From the NCBI GenBank assembly GCA_035282865.1, contig DATEVB010000087.1:1-48316 (forward strand): a stretch of 48,316 nt of DNA, given 5' to 3'. The translations under genes were made by a program, and so were the position numbers. This DNA comes from Acidimicrobiia bacterium. Lineage in GTDB: Bacteria; Actinomycetota; Acidimicrobiia; Spongiisociales; UBA4744. The notes under the pieces are model-generated. The model was given only the letters and a program-made list of their open reading frames with translations. It had not been told where the DNA came from and ran no database searches. Positions 33,784 through 43,519 of this stretch are shown here, in pieces (position 1 is the first letter of the stretch; each line of letters starts with the position of its first letter).

Positions 33784-36614
33784 GACCTCTTCCGCTCATG
33801 TCCGATGATCCCGAGTGATACCAAGACCAGCAAAACACCGGCCGCCGCCAGGGCCCAGTTCCGGTTGATATCGTCGCCGGCAAAGGCGATTCTTCCGTTC
33901 GTCGGAGCGACCTGGTTCGCCCAGCCGGCTACCGTCGCATCGTCACCCCAACCATCGTCATGATTCTCTGCCACATTGACCGGCCCGATGGCGCCATCGG
34001 GTCCCACGTAGTCGGGTCGGTCCCATACCCAGGCTATGCCATCGGCACCTACCGCCCTGGGGCTGAACACCTCGCTCTCAAACGTCGTGTAGTCCAGACC
34101 CGGCAGCTGGCGGAGGTCGAGTTGGGATTCGAGAGCCACCTCGAGCCGATTGGGCTCGGTAAAGACGACCCACCGGATCCCAAACGGCGCCAGCAACTGA
34201 CCGGGCCGCAACTCTTCACCGGCAATCACTCTGTCGAGGAGCTCTGCCAGGGCGGTGTCCCCCTGACGTGGCGTGGGCAACCAAGCCTCGGGGTACATGG
34301 CTCCCGTTCCCGACACAACCCTGTACGAGAAACCGGTCGCCGACCGCGATTCGCCGGGGAGGTCGCCGGCGGCGCCGGCGATCAGGATCCGATCGGCGCC
34401 GTGATCCTGGGCGCGGGCAGCTGCGAACTCGAGTTGTGATCCGAAGCGGTCTTCCGGGAGCCCGAGCCGGCCCGACGGGAGGAGCAACACCACCCCGGCC
34501 GCAACGATCAAACCACCCAATGCGGCCCCCCGCGCGCCGATCACCCGCCACAGACGTGCGGCATTGAGGCGGGCGGGCGAATCGATCGCCGCACCAACCA
34601 CGATCGCAGTTCCAAGGGCGGCGGCCACATAGCCGGCCACGACCGGCTCGCGTCCCACGCCCAGTCCGGCCGTCCTGGCCAGCAAGGAACCCCCCACGGC
34701 GAGCACACCGCCCCATCCGATGAGCCCGGCCGTCCGGCGATCCCCACCGATGAGTCCCAGCACGAGTGCCACCGCAAAGCCGGCGATGGCCCACAGGGAG
34801 GGGTCGAAGTACGGTGACTCGCCGTGGCTCAGCAACCGATCGGTCGACGTCCAGTGCAACCAGGGAAAGAGCAGGGGAACGGCGAGAAGGGTTGCCGGAG
34901 CGGCCCGAGCCACCCCCGACCATGGGGCGCCGTCAGAGACCATCACCCGGACGATCACCGCAACCAGGGGAAGCAACACCGTGACAGGCGCAAACACCGC
35001 CAGGGCACCAGTGGCGAGGGCGGCGCGGGCAAGGTAACCGATCCTCGCCCGCAGGATGGAGGGCCAGGGCGCAACGACAAGCTCGACTGCCCATGGTGCC
35101 ACGCCGATGGCAATCATCCCGGGCCAATCGCCCGATCCGGCCAGCACGCGGAAAGCCGGGCCGCCGAAGAGAGCCAGCGCCGCTCCGTACCGGGCCAGCG
35201 GCCCCAACTCGAGCCTGCCCAGCAGCCGGACGGTCCCCGCCAAACCGGCGGCGACCGCACCGAGCGTGAGCAGGACCTCGGCGAGCCCGGCGTTCGAAAA
35301 CAGGATCAATTGAACAACGGCGGTTGCCCCGATCGAGGGATGCAATGGTGCCGGGCTCCCAAGACCGGAGGTGTTCCAGCCGCCGGCATACGAGCGAAGG
35401 GTGGCCCAAGCCGACTCGGGAAACGGCAGGGTGAGCCCGACAGCTGGGAGGCCGTCGGAGAGAATCGAACGGCCCGCGATGAGCAGGAATATCAGCGCCG
35501 CCGGGGTCGCATAGAAACCCGGCTCGTGCCAGAAGCCGCGACTCCGCTCGACTATCCCGGACAACCGGCCCGATACCTGGTCCTCCAACCGGACTCTTGA
35601 GGAAAGCCGTTCTGAGAGTTCCCGGATCAACGCGGAGCCGCGCACTTGATACCGGAACAGTTCCTCGTCGCCGGTCATCCTCGAAAGGCGCAGGCGGCGC
35701 CGGCCCGCCAGGGTTGATGGCAGGTGATGGAGGTTCCACCCCCATCCCAACACCAGATCGACGAGGGCACGCTTCCGGCCGAGGAAGGTCATAGCCAGCG
35801 CGTACAGCAGGCCGACCACGATGGTGAGGGGAACCGTCCACGCCAGCGTGACCGGGCGGTACACCTTCAACAGCGCTCGAAGTCGCCCGGCCTCCTCCCT
35901 CCACAAGGGCGTCTCCTCTGAGCACAGGCCCTCATGGAGGACCTCGGAGGAGGGAACCACAACCACTCGCCCTCCCGCCACTCGGGCCCGGTACGACAGA
36001 TCTATCCCGGCCGCCTGCGGAGCCAGCAGTCGATCCGTTCCACCCAGCCCCTTGAGGAGGTCTTTGCGGATGAGGGCCGAGGCGCCGTGCACGAAGGCAA
36101 CATCTCGCACCACGTCGTACTGCTCCTGATCCATCTCCTCGGATTCGAGCCCGGAGTACGGCACCAGAAACGCATCGGTGGCCGCCCCGACCGACTCCAA
36201 CATTCCGGGCCGGTCGGCGCGAAGAAGCTTGGACCCTGCCACCGACGCGTCAACGCGCTGCGCCCCCTCAACGAGCGCCGCCAGCGCATCTTTGCGCGGC
36301 GATGCGTCGTCGTGGACCAACCATACATGCGTGGTGGTCACGGGAAGCCCGCCCATGAAACCCTCCATGTCGGGCAGCCAACCGACGCCCTTGGTTCGGG
36401 CGATGCTGCGAGACCGATCCCCGCCTCCCACGACGGCGGTGTACGCAGTCTCGTAGGATTGACCTGCCAGAGCGTCGAGGGCTACTTCCAGCCTCGACCC
36501 GCTGTGCACGATGACTGCGGCAGCTACCACTGCAGTTGACATGGGCGCGGCCGTAGGGTTGGAATGGTCGGGGATCGACATGAGGGTGCCATTGTGGAGC
36601 GCAAACGGCGACAC
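33780..36614 (-). CDS. Giant GT2 glycosyltransferase fused to a polytopic membrane domain and extracytoplasmic C-terminal domain
   Basis: Up to 944 aa. N-terminal GT2 fold ('AAAVIVHSG...LAGQSY', 'VWLVHDDASP'), then more than 12 hydrophobic helices, a soluble region of about 200 aa, and a terminal TM. The start is uncertain: GTG 36614, ATG 36581 or ATG 36542. Confidence 0.75.
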   Translation of the reverse strand: MSPFALHNGTLMSIPDHSNPTAAPMSTAVVAAAVIVHSGSRLEVALDALAGQSYETAYTAVVGGGDRSRSIARTKGVGWLPDMEGFMGGLPVTTTHVWLVHDDASPRKDALAALVEGAQRVDASVAGSKLLRADRPGMLESVGAATDAFLVPYSGLESEEMDQEQYDVVRDVAFVHGASALIRKDLLKGLGGTDRLLAPQAAGIDLSYRARVAGGRVVVVPSSEVLHEGLCSEETPLWREEAGRLRALLKVYRPVTLAWTVPLTIVVGLLYALAMTFLGRKRALVDLVLGWGWNLHHLPSTLAGRRRLRLSRMTGDEELFRYQVRGSALIRELSERLSSRVRLEDQVSGRLSGIVERSRGFWHEPGFYATPAALIFLLIAGRSILSDGLPAVGLTLPFPESAWATLRSYAGGWNTSGLGSPAPLHPSIGATAVVQLILFSNAGLAEVLLTLGAVAAGLAGTVRLLGRLELGPLARYGAALALFGGPAFRVLAGSGDWPGMIAIGVAPWAVELVVAPWPSILRARIGYLARAALATGALAVFAPVTVLLPLVAVIVRVMVSDGAPWSGVARAAPATLLAVPLLFPWLHWTSTDRLLSHGESPYFDPSLWAIAGFAVALVLGLIGGDRRTAGLIGWGGVLAVGGSLLARTAGLGVGREPVVAGYVAAALGTAIVVGAAIDSPARLNAARLWRVIGARGAALGGLIVAAGVVLLLPSGRLGLPEDRFGSQLEFAAARAQDHGADRILIAGAAGDLPGESRSATGFSYRVVSGTGAMYPEAWLPTPRQGDTALAELLDRVIAGEELRPGQLLAPFGIRWVVFTEPNRLEVALESQLDLRQLPGLDYTTFESEVFSPRAVGADGIAWVWDRPDYVGPDGAIGPVNVAENHDDGWGDDATVAGWANQVAPTNGRIAFAGDDINRNWALAAAGVLLVLVSLGIIGHERKRS

Positions 36615-36664
36615 CGCAATCCGTGGGGCGTCGAAGAACGCTACGGGAGACTGAAAGGACTGAC

Positions 36665-37585
36665 GTGAAGAAGGTCGTACTGCTTTCCGGAGGAGTGGGC
36701 GGAGCCCGTATGGCGCGAGGGCTGGCCGCCCTCGACGATATCGACCTGACCGTCGTGGTCAACGTTGGCGACGACGAGGTTGTCTACGGACTACACGTAT
36801 CGCCCGACCTCGATACCGTCGTATACACCCTGGCCGGTGTGGAAGGCCCGGAAGGCTGGGGCCTCACCGCAGATACGTTCACCGTCATGAAACGCCTGTC
36901 GCTGTTCGGTACGGATACCCGGTTCCGGATCGGAGACCGGGATCTGGCCACCCACCTTTTCCGCACCCAAGAGCTCCTGGCCGGGGCGACCCTCTCCGAC
37001 GTCACCGCAAGGACCGCGGCGGCGCTCGGCGTCCCGGGCACGATCCTTCCGGCCACCGAGGACACCTTGCGAACGATGATCAAGACGGCCGGCGGCGAAT
37101 GGCTCTCATTCCAGGAGTATTTCGTGATGCGGAGACACGAAGACGAGGTTGCCGATCTCCGCTTCGAAGGGGCTGCCACGGCGGCACCCGCACCGGCCGT
37201 GGTAGCGGCCATCGAGGCGGCCGAGGCCGTCATTATCGGACCGTCCAACCCGCCCCTTTCGATCTGGCCCATCCTGGCAATCAGGGACATTGCCTCGGCC
37301 ATCGAGGCGGCCGATCGGGTCATGGCCGTCAGCCCGCTGATCGGCGGTCGGGCGCTCAAAGGCCCCGCCGATCGGGTAATGGCCTCCCTCGGGTTACCCG
37401 GCGGTAACGCCGGGGTGGTAGCCGCCTACGGTGCCCTCCTCAACGATCTGGTGATCCATACCGGGGACGCCAACGAAAGAGCGGAACTCGGCAAACTCGG
37501 TGTCAAGATCCACGTGGGCGACACCCGGATTGCCGATCCGACTGCCGCCTGGTCGTTTGCAGAGTGGTTGGTCGATCTCTTGTGA
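36665..37585 (+). CDS. cofD: 2-phospho-L-lactate transferase (F420 biosynthesis)
   Basis: 'KVVLLSGGVGGARMARGL' is the CofD/FbiA signature. The GTG at 36665 is preferred; the ORF-track start at 36623 would lie only 8 nt from the divergent gene. Confidence 0.85.
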   Translation: MKKVVLLSGGVGGARMARGLAALDDIDLTVVVNVGDDEVVYGLHVSPDLDTVVYTLAGVEGPEGWGLTADTFTVMKRLSLFGTDTRFRIGDRDLATHLFRTQELLAGATLSDVTARTAAALGVPGTILPATEDTLRTMIKTAGGEWLSFQEYFVMRRHEDEVADLRFEGAATAAPAPAVVAAIEAAEAVIIGPSNPPLSIWPILAIRDIASAIEAADRVMAVSPLIGGRALKGPADRVMASLGLPGGNAGVVAAYGALLNDLVIHTGDANERAELGKLGVKIHVGDTRIADPTAAWSFAEWLVDLL

Positions 37586-38283
37586 CGGTGGAGATCACAC
37601 CGATCCACGGTATCGGCAACATTGGGCCTGGCGACGACCTGGCCGGGATCATGCTGTCCGCTCTCGACGCCGCCGGGTTCGTCCTCAACGACGGCGACGT
37701 GCTGGTCGTGACTCACAAGGCGGTCTCAAAGGCAGAAGACGCCGTCGTGCGGTTTGACGATGACGAGGCCGAACGCCACCGCATCATCGCCGACGAGGCG
37801 GCCGCGATTCTCCGGCGCCGGGGAGATCTGGTCATTACCGAAACTCGTCACGGCTTCATCTGTGCGAACGCCGGCGTCGATCGATCCAACATGCCGGAAG
37901 GGTTTCTGGCGCTCCTCCCCCGCGATCCGGATCGGTCGGCACACCGGCTGCGGGCAAGAATCCGCCAAGCTACCGGAGCGGAGATCGCCGTTGTGATAAC
38001 CGATACGTTCGGACGCCCGTGGCGGAGAGGCCTGACGGATGTCGCCATCGGTGTGGCGGGCATGCCGGCACTGGTGGACTACCGCGGAACTACCGATACG
38101 TTCGGACGGACCCTCACGGTCACCGAGGTTGCTCTCGTCGATGAGGTGGCGGCCGCTGCGGATCTGGTGATGGGCAAGGCGAAGGGAGTCCCCCTCGCCG
38201 TCGTTCGGGGACTTGACTATCCGACCGGCGAGGGTCGGGCCACCGACCTGGTCCGCCCGGCCGACGAGGACATGTTTCGGTAG
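37582..38283 (+). CDS. cofE: Coenzyme F420-0:L-glutamate ligase
   Basis: 'GDVLVVTHKAVSKAED', 'NAGVDRSN' and 'VITDTFGRPWR'. The GTG at 37582 overlaps the cofD stop (GTGA). There is no fused nitroreductase-like C-terminal domain. Confidence 0.85.
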   Translation: MTVEITPIHGIGNIGPGDDLAGIMLSALDAAGFVLNDGDVLVVTHKAVSKAEDAVVRFDDDEAERHRIIADEAAAILRRRGDLVITETRHGFICANAGVDRSNMPEGFLALLPRDPDRSAHRLRARIRQATGAEIAVVITDTFGRPWRRGLTDVAIGVAGMPALVDYRGTTDTFGRTLTVTEVALVDEVAAAADLVMGKAKGVPLAVVRGLDYPTGEGRATDLVRPADEDMFR

Positions 38284-38397
38284 TGAGTAGTGAGAAGTGG
38301 GGATTGGGAAGTGAGCGGTGTGTAGCAGGCGGTAGACTCATCCGACCGCCACAAGCCAAACCACCGTCGCAGCGAACCACCTCGAACCACGGACCTG

Positions 38398-39339
38398 CTA
38401 CCTGTTTTTTCTGAACCAGGCGACGGTCATCGCCACGCCTTCTTCCAGGCTCGTCCACGGCTGCCAATGCAGGGCTTTGATGGCCGCGCTTGGGTCGAGC
38501 GCAGACCTGGCCGGCTCTCCCGGCCGGGGGTCGGCGAAGACCGGCAGCTGGGTGAAACCGGCGGCATCGGCGATCGCCTTGAAGAGCTGGATCACCGTCG
38601 TCTCGCGGCCGGTCCCGATATTGAGGAACTTGCCGCCGCCGATCCCGCCTGCCCGGACAAAGGCGTCGACTACGTCGTCGACGAATATGTAGTCCCTGGT
38701 CTGAAGCCCGTCCCCGTAGATGACCGGACGTTTCTTGTCGAGCATCTGCCGAGCGAAGATAGCCACGACGCCCGCTTCGCCGTATGGGTCCTGACGAGGC
38801 CCGTACACGTTGGAAAGACCCAGGGCGACGTAGTCGATGCCATACGTCGCTTGGTAAAACCGGAAGTAGTCCTCGACGACCTTCTTGGAGACCCCGTATG
38901 GAGAGCCGGGATGCTTGGCGTAGCTCTCCTTGGCAGGCAGCTTCACGTGCTGGTCGTAGATAGCTCCCCCGGTCGATGCAAACACCACCCGCTCTGCTCC
39001 AGCCCGCCGCGCCGCCTCGAGCAGGTTGACCGTCCCCAGAATGTTGACACCGGCGTCGTGGAGGGGATCCGCAACAGACTCCACCACGGAGATGTGCGCG
39101 GCGAGATGGAAGAGCACGTCGGGAGCAAAGTGCTCGACCGCTACGCCTAACTCCTCGTCCCGGATATCCAGTTGATGGAATTTGATGCGGCCCCGGGCCC
39201 TGGCCCCGGCCAGGTTGTCGAGGTGACCGGAGGAGAGATCGTCGATGACCAGTACATCCCAACCTTCATCCATCAAACGAGCCGACAAGTGTGAACCGAT
39301 GAACCCTGCGCCGCCGGTGACCAGGGCCCTGCCTTTCAC
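38398..39339 (-). CDS. NAD-dependent nucleotide-sugar epimerase/dehydratase (extended SDR, GalE-like)
   Basis: 'ALVTGGAGFIGSHL' and catalytic 'SPYGVSKK' (YxxxK). The GTG at 39339 overlaps the upstream GT2 stop (GTGA). The exact substrate cannot be inferred. Confidence 0.82.
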   Translation of the reverse strand: MKGRALVTGGAGFIGSHLSARLMDEGWDVLVIDDLSSGHLDNLAGARARGRIKFHQLDIRDEELGVAVEHFAPDVLFHLAAHISVVESVADPLHDAGVNILGTVNLLEAARRAGAERVVFASTGGAIYDQHVKLPAKESYAKHPGSPYGVSKKVVEDYFRFYQATYGIDYVALGLSNVYGPRQDPYGEAGVVAIFARQMLDKKRPVIYGDGLQTRDYIFVDDVVDAFVRAGGIGGGKFLNIGTGRETTVIQLFKAIADAAGFTQLPVFADPRPGEPARSALDPSAAIKALHWQPWTSLEEGVAMTVAWFRKNR

Positions 39340-40049
39340 CTCCGAATGCTCTCGGCAGGCACGAACCGGTACTTCACGAGAGCCCACAACGCCGGGAACC
39401 CGTCCCGCCAGGAGATCTTCTTCCCTTCTTCGACCTCCCGTCCGGCGTATCGAATCGGGACCTCATAGATCCTGACACCGGACCGCAGGAGTTTCGCCGT
39501 TATCTCGGGTTCGATATCGAAACGATTGGACGTGAGGTGCAGCGACCGGATGAGATCACCCTCGATCAGCTTGGAGCAGCTCTCCATGTCCGAGAGGGTG
39601 GTGTTGTAGAGAACGTTGGTGAGCAGGCTGAGAAACCGGTTCCCCACCCAATGCCAAAACATCATGTTGCGGCGCTCGCCGGTGAAACGTGAGCCGTACA
39701 CCGCCCGCGCCTCGCCTTCGAGGGCGGGGCGCAGCAAGGCCGGCCAGTCCCTCGGATCATATTCGAGATCCGCGTCGTATACGATGACGAAATCGCCGGT
39801 GGATTCCTCGAATCCGCGTCGCAGCGCAGCTCCTTTGCCCAGATTGGATGGCTGCTGAAACACCTTCACCGTCGAGTCGGCGAGACGCTTGATGATCTCG
39901 CCCGTCCCATCGGTCGAGCCGTCGTCGATGATCAGGATCTCCCGGTCGACGGGGAGTTGGGCGGTCCTGGCCCGCCGAACCGCTTCGGCAATCGTGCGCC
40001 GTTCGTTGTACACGGGAATCACGATCGAGAGTTTCGCCGTTTCAGTCAC
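39336..40049 (-). CDS. Family-2 glycosyltransferase (polyprenol-phosphate sugar synthase-like)
   Basis: 237 aa with 'LSIVIPVYNE', 'LIIDDGSTDGT', 'NLGKGAALRRG' and 'VYDADLEYDP'. It is a paralogue-like relative of the 27657-28379 gene. Confidence 0.82.
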   Translation of the reverse strand: MTETAKLSIVIPVYNERRTIAEAVRRARTAQLPVDREILIIDDGSTDGTGEIIKRLADSTVKVFQQPSNLGKGAALRRGFEESTGDFVIVYDADLEYDPRDWPALLRPALEGEARAVYGSRFTGERRNMMFWHWVGNRFLSLLTNVLYNTTLSDMESCSKLIEGDLIRSLHLTSNRFDIEPEITAKLLRSGVRIYEVPIRYAGREVEEGKKISWRDGFPALWALVKYRFVPAESIRR

Positions 40050-40106
40050 TTCTAGTCCACTCCACTTCGCTCACGCCAGCCTAAGTCGTGTCAGTGCGCA
40101 GAGAGG

Positions 40107-41378
40107 TCACCGCCCTACGCCGTAATACTCCATGCCCAGACGGCGAACCGCGTCGGGATCGAGAATGTTGCGAGCATCGACGATCACAGACCCGGCCATG
40201 AGGTCACGTACCCGGCGGAGATCTACCGCCTGGAAGTCCGGCCACTCGGTGGCGATCAGGAGCACGTCCGCCCCCTTGGCTGCGTCGAGGGGATCGTCCA
40301 CGAGGTCAACCCCCTCGATGTTGATCGTCGCCTTGGGGTCATAAGCCCGGATGTGAGCGCCGAGACCCGCCAGATCTCGAGCCAGAGCCACCGCCGGGGA
40401 ATCCCGGGTGTCATCGGTACCTGCCTTGAAAGCCAGGCCCCACTGGCCGACGGTCGCTCCATCTGCCCCGGCCGGCAACGCCCGGATCACCTTCTCGAGG
40501 ATGCGATGCCGCTGTTCATCATTTACCTCGATCACACCCCTCAGCATCGCGAAGTCGTAGTTGGCTTCCCTGGCGATGGCAACCAGGGCTCGAGTGTCCT
40601 TCGGGAAGCAGGAGCCGCCAAATCCGGGGCCGGGACTGAGGAAATGGTGGCCGATCCGCCGGTCGTACCCCATGCCCAGCAACACGTCTCGAACATCGGC
40701 ACCAACCGCCTCGGCCAGGTTGGCCATGGCGTTTGCGAACGTAATCCGGGTGGCCAGGTAGGCATTTGAGCCGTACTTGACCATCTCGGAGCTGATCGGA
40801 TCGGTGACAACCACGGGGGCATCGAGACCGCGATACAGCTCCATCATGCGTTCGGCAGCACCCTGATCAGTGGTTCCGATCACGATACGGTCGGGATGGA
40901 AGAAGTCGGAGACGGCGCTTCCCTCGCGCAGGAACTCCGGATTGCTCAACACGGTGACACCCGCGCGTCGCTCGTCGAAGTATTGCTGGTACTTGGCCAC
41001 CGAGCCGACCGGAACCGTCGACTTGAAAACCACCAGGGTGCCTTCGTTCAGCTTGACGGCAATCTCATCGAACACCGCCGAGACGATCGACATGTCGGTG
41101 GCGCCATTGTCGCCCTGGGGCGTTGGCACGGCAACGAACACCACCTCGGCATCACTCACGGCGTCTTCGTTCGATGCATCGAACGAAAGCAAACCGGTCG
41201 CCAGTCCTTCTCCGAGTATCGTCTCGAGGTCGGGTTCGTAGATCGGCGATGTCCCTACCCTGAGCAATTCCAGCTTCTGCAAGTTGTTCTCGCCGACCCG
41301 GACTCGGTGGCCAAGTGAGGCCAGCCCGGCGGCTTGCACCAGACCAACGTATCCGGCTCCGATGACTGCTACTTCCAT
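40107..41378 (-). CDS. ugd: UDP-glucose 6-dehydrogenase
   Basis: The ATG at 41378 is preceded by GGAGGTAAGCAC. It has 'MEVAVIGAGYVGL' and the catalytic Cys motif 'GFGGSCFPKD'. About 423 aa. Confidence 0.9.
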   Translation of the reverse strand: MEVAVIGAGYVGLVQAAGLASLGHRVRVGENNLQKLELLRVGTSPIYEPDLETILGEGLATGLLSFDASNEDAVSDAEVVFVAVPTPQGDNGATDMSIVSAVFDEIAVKLNEGTLVVFKSTVPVGSVAKYQQYFDERRAGVTVLSNPEFLREGSAVSDFFHPDRIVIGTTDQGAAERMMELYRGLDAPVVVTDPISSEMVKYGSNAYLATRITFANAMANLAEAVGADVRDVLLGMGYDRRIGHHFLSPGPGFGGSCFPKDTRALVAIAREANYDFAMLRGVIEVNDEQRHRILEKVIRALPAGADGATVGQWGLAFKAGTDDTRDSPAVALARDLAGLGAHIRAYDPKATINIEGVDLVDDPLDAAKGADVLLIATEWPDFQAVDLRRVRDLMAGSVIVDARNILDPDAVRRLGMEYYGVGR

Positions 41379-41433
41379 GTGCTTACCTCCAGGGGTAGGT
41401 ATCGACGGACCGCCGGCCGATCCTGAGGTTTCC

Positions 41434-42729
41434 CTATTGAGCGTCGGCCCCAACGATCACGATCACATCCACCCCCTCGGGTAGTGTCCCGGGCCGGATC
41501 TCGCCAAAGCCGAGCTCGTCCGCTACCAGCGTGGCGTGGGCGACGCGATCTGGGGCGGTCAGCAGGACCGTCATAGGGAAGTCGTCAGATTCGGCATCGC
41601 CGATGGCGACGACTGCGAAACGGGCATCGGACAGCTCACCCGCCCACCGGGTGGCAGCTCCTGGTATGCCGTTTCCATTGAGGACCTGCACCCGGACCGG
41701 ACCCTCGGCCACCAAGCCGAGCGGCTGGCCGGTCAAGAGAGCGTTGAGGACCGCCCCGGCGGCCGGCTCATCGGGGAGCTCATAGAAGCTACCGTCGATG
41801 TTGCGGGTCACGGTCGGCAGGGTCACCGACTCGATCTCAACCGGGTTGAGCGACCGCATCGACCAGACGAGATTTATGAGCGAGTCCTGGTCGAGGGCCG
41901 CGTCCACGGTTACAAAGCTACCCAGCGTCTCGATCAAGGTGCCGGCCTCACCGATGGTGGATGGGTGCTTGGCTTCGGCGATAATCGCCAGTATCAACTG
42001 TTGCTGGCGACGGGTGCGGCCGATGTCGTTGGCGTCGACCGAGACCCACTGCCCGTTCTGCAATTCCTGGTAGCTGCGGGAGCGAGCGTAGCCCAGCGCC
42101 ATGGCTCCGCTGAGGCGCTGTGGGCCGGCTGCTACCGCGAAACCCGATTTGAGGTCGCGAGCCGGGAACGGGAAGTCGAGTGTGACCCCTCCAAGCGCTT
42201 CAACCAGGCCGGCGAAACCGTAGAAGTCGATCTCGACGTAGTGGTGGATGGGGATGCCGGTGTTCTCCCGAACGGTCTGCACGGTCAGAGACCCGCCGCC
42301 AAACGCATAGGCCGCGTTGATCTTATTGGTTCCGTGACCAACTATGTCGACTCTTAGATCGCGGGGCAGGCTGAGGACCCGGAGTGTCCCGTCGTCCGGA
42401 AGCAACTGCACGATCATGATCACATCGGCCCGCTCGCCCTCGAAAACCCCGAAATTCCCTTCCAGATCGTCGGGCAGGTTTTCCCGAGAGTCGCTACCGA
42501 TGAGCAGAAAATTGAGGGGATCCCGACGAGAATCCGGCTTGCTCGACAATTCCGCCACCACTTCTTGGTCTTTTTGTAGTTCTTCATCGATCTTCCCGGT
42601 ATAGAAACGCAACGCGAAGTAGCCACCGAAAACCACCAGGTTGGCCAGAACCAACAGCGTGACCATGGTGCGTTTCAGCCACTTGCGGGGGCGCGCCGGT
42701 GGTGCGGTCGGAGCAGCAGATTCGATCAT
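41434..42729 (-). CDS. LCP (LytR-CpsA-Psr) family cell-wall glycopolymer ligase with LytR_C-like C-terminus
   Basis: The ATG at 42729 gives 'MIESAAP...' followed by the TM 'MVTLLVLANLVVFGGYF'. LCP motifs 'FLLIGSDSR', 'ADVIMIV' and 'LSLPRDL' are present. The ORF-track start at 43008 would overlap the DLH-like gene. Confidence 0.85.
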   Translation of the reverse strand: MIESAAPTAPPARPRKWLKRTMVTLLVLANLVVFGGYFALRFYTGKIDEELQKDQEVVAELSSKPDSRRDPLNFLLIGSDSRENLPDDLEGNFGVFEGERADVIMIVQLLPDDGTLRVLSLPRDLRVDIVGHGTNKINAAYAFGGGSLTVQTVRENTGIPIHHYVEIDFYGFAGLVEALGGVTLDFPFPARDLKSGFAVAAGPQRLSGAMALGYARSRSYQELQNGQWVSVDANDIGRTRRQQQLILAIIAEAKHPSTIGEAGTLIETLGSFVTVDAALDQDSLINLVWSMRSLNPVEIESVTLPTVTRNIDGSFYELPDEPAAGAVLNALLTGQPLGLVAEGPVRVQVLNGNGIPGAATRWAGELSDARFAVVAIGDAESDDFPMTVLLTAPDRVAHATLVADELGFGEIRPGTLPEGVDVIVIVGADAQ

Positions 42730-42796
42730 TGAGGCGAGATTAGTAGTGGCTTCGGAGCATCTACGATGCCCCGTACTGTGCAACACGGCACGGTGG

Positions 42797-43477
42797 TCAG
42801 CCGAGACCTTCGGTCTGTGGGGCAGGGAGGGCTTGGGTGAGAAACTCGACGAGTCGCCGGTAGGCGTCGGCAGACGCGGCCGCATCGTAATCCGCCCCGC
42901 CGTCGTCCAAGAAACCCGCCGCCACGCCCCGATACACGATGAACGACCCGTGCGGAATACGCCCGTCGTCCACCCCGGAGCCCCGGAGCGATACATCTTC
43001 TGCTCCATAGAGACCGAGAACGGAAGCGGTCAGGCGTGGCAAGACGCTTGCCACCGGACCATCGTTCTCGAGAGGAGTCGAGACGAGGGCCACCGCCCGT
43101 ATCTCCGGGTGATCGGCGGCGTAGATCAAGCCCGGTCGTCCCCCTGCGCCCAGACCAACGATCCCGAGTTGGTCTCCGATGGCCCACGTCACCTCGCTGC
43201 TCATGAAGAACTCATACGCTTCGTCAACAAAGCCGACGGCATCGTCGCCGGAGAACTGGAGACCGATAGCAGCCGTCGCCAACCCGTGCCGGGCCAGGCG
43301 CCGGCACACATCCTTGTGATGGGAAGTCAATCCGTTGTCGGGAAGGACCAGCACAGTCGGAAATCGTCCCGCCTGGTCGGGACGAGCCAGGTAACCGGGG
43401 GCGTGTCCGCTCCCAACGGGTATTCCGTAACTCCCGTAGAGAATGGGATACGTTCCTTCGTGGACAAGCACACTCAC
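42797..43477 (-). CDS. Dienelactone-hydrolase-family (alpha/beta fold) protein, possibly lacking the nucleophile
   Basis: 226 aa. 'GYLARPDQAGRFPTVLVLPD...RRLARHGLA' resembles the DLH N-terminus. The expected nucleophile elbow reads 'VGLGAGG' with no Ser or Cys by my alignment. GTG start with AGGAG 8 nt upstream. Confidence 0.55.
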   Translation of the reverse strand: MSVLVHEGTYPILYGSYGIPVGSGHAPGYLARPDQAGRFPTVLVLPDNGLTSHHKDVCRRLARHGLATAAIGLQFSGDDAVGFVDEAYEFFMSSEVTWAIGDQLGIVGLGAGGRPGLIYAADHPEIRAVALVSTPLENDGPVASVLPRLTASVLGLYGAEDVSLRGSGVDDGRIPHGSFIVYRGVAAGFLDDGGADYDAAASADAYRRLVEFLTQALPAPQTEGLG

Positions 43478-43485
43478 CAGCTTTG

Positions 43486-43519
43486 CTCCTGACTCATCCG
43501 GGTGAAGGGTAGTCAGGAG
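43486..43519 (-). promoter_or_regulatory. 9-bp hairpin between birA and the DLH-like gene that pairs the downstream SD
   Basis: CTCCTGACT (43486-43494) / AGTCAGGAG (43511-43519) with a 16-nt loop. On the minus-strand RNA the 3' arm contains the AGGAG that serves the GTG at 43477. Confidence 0.45.
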
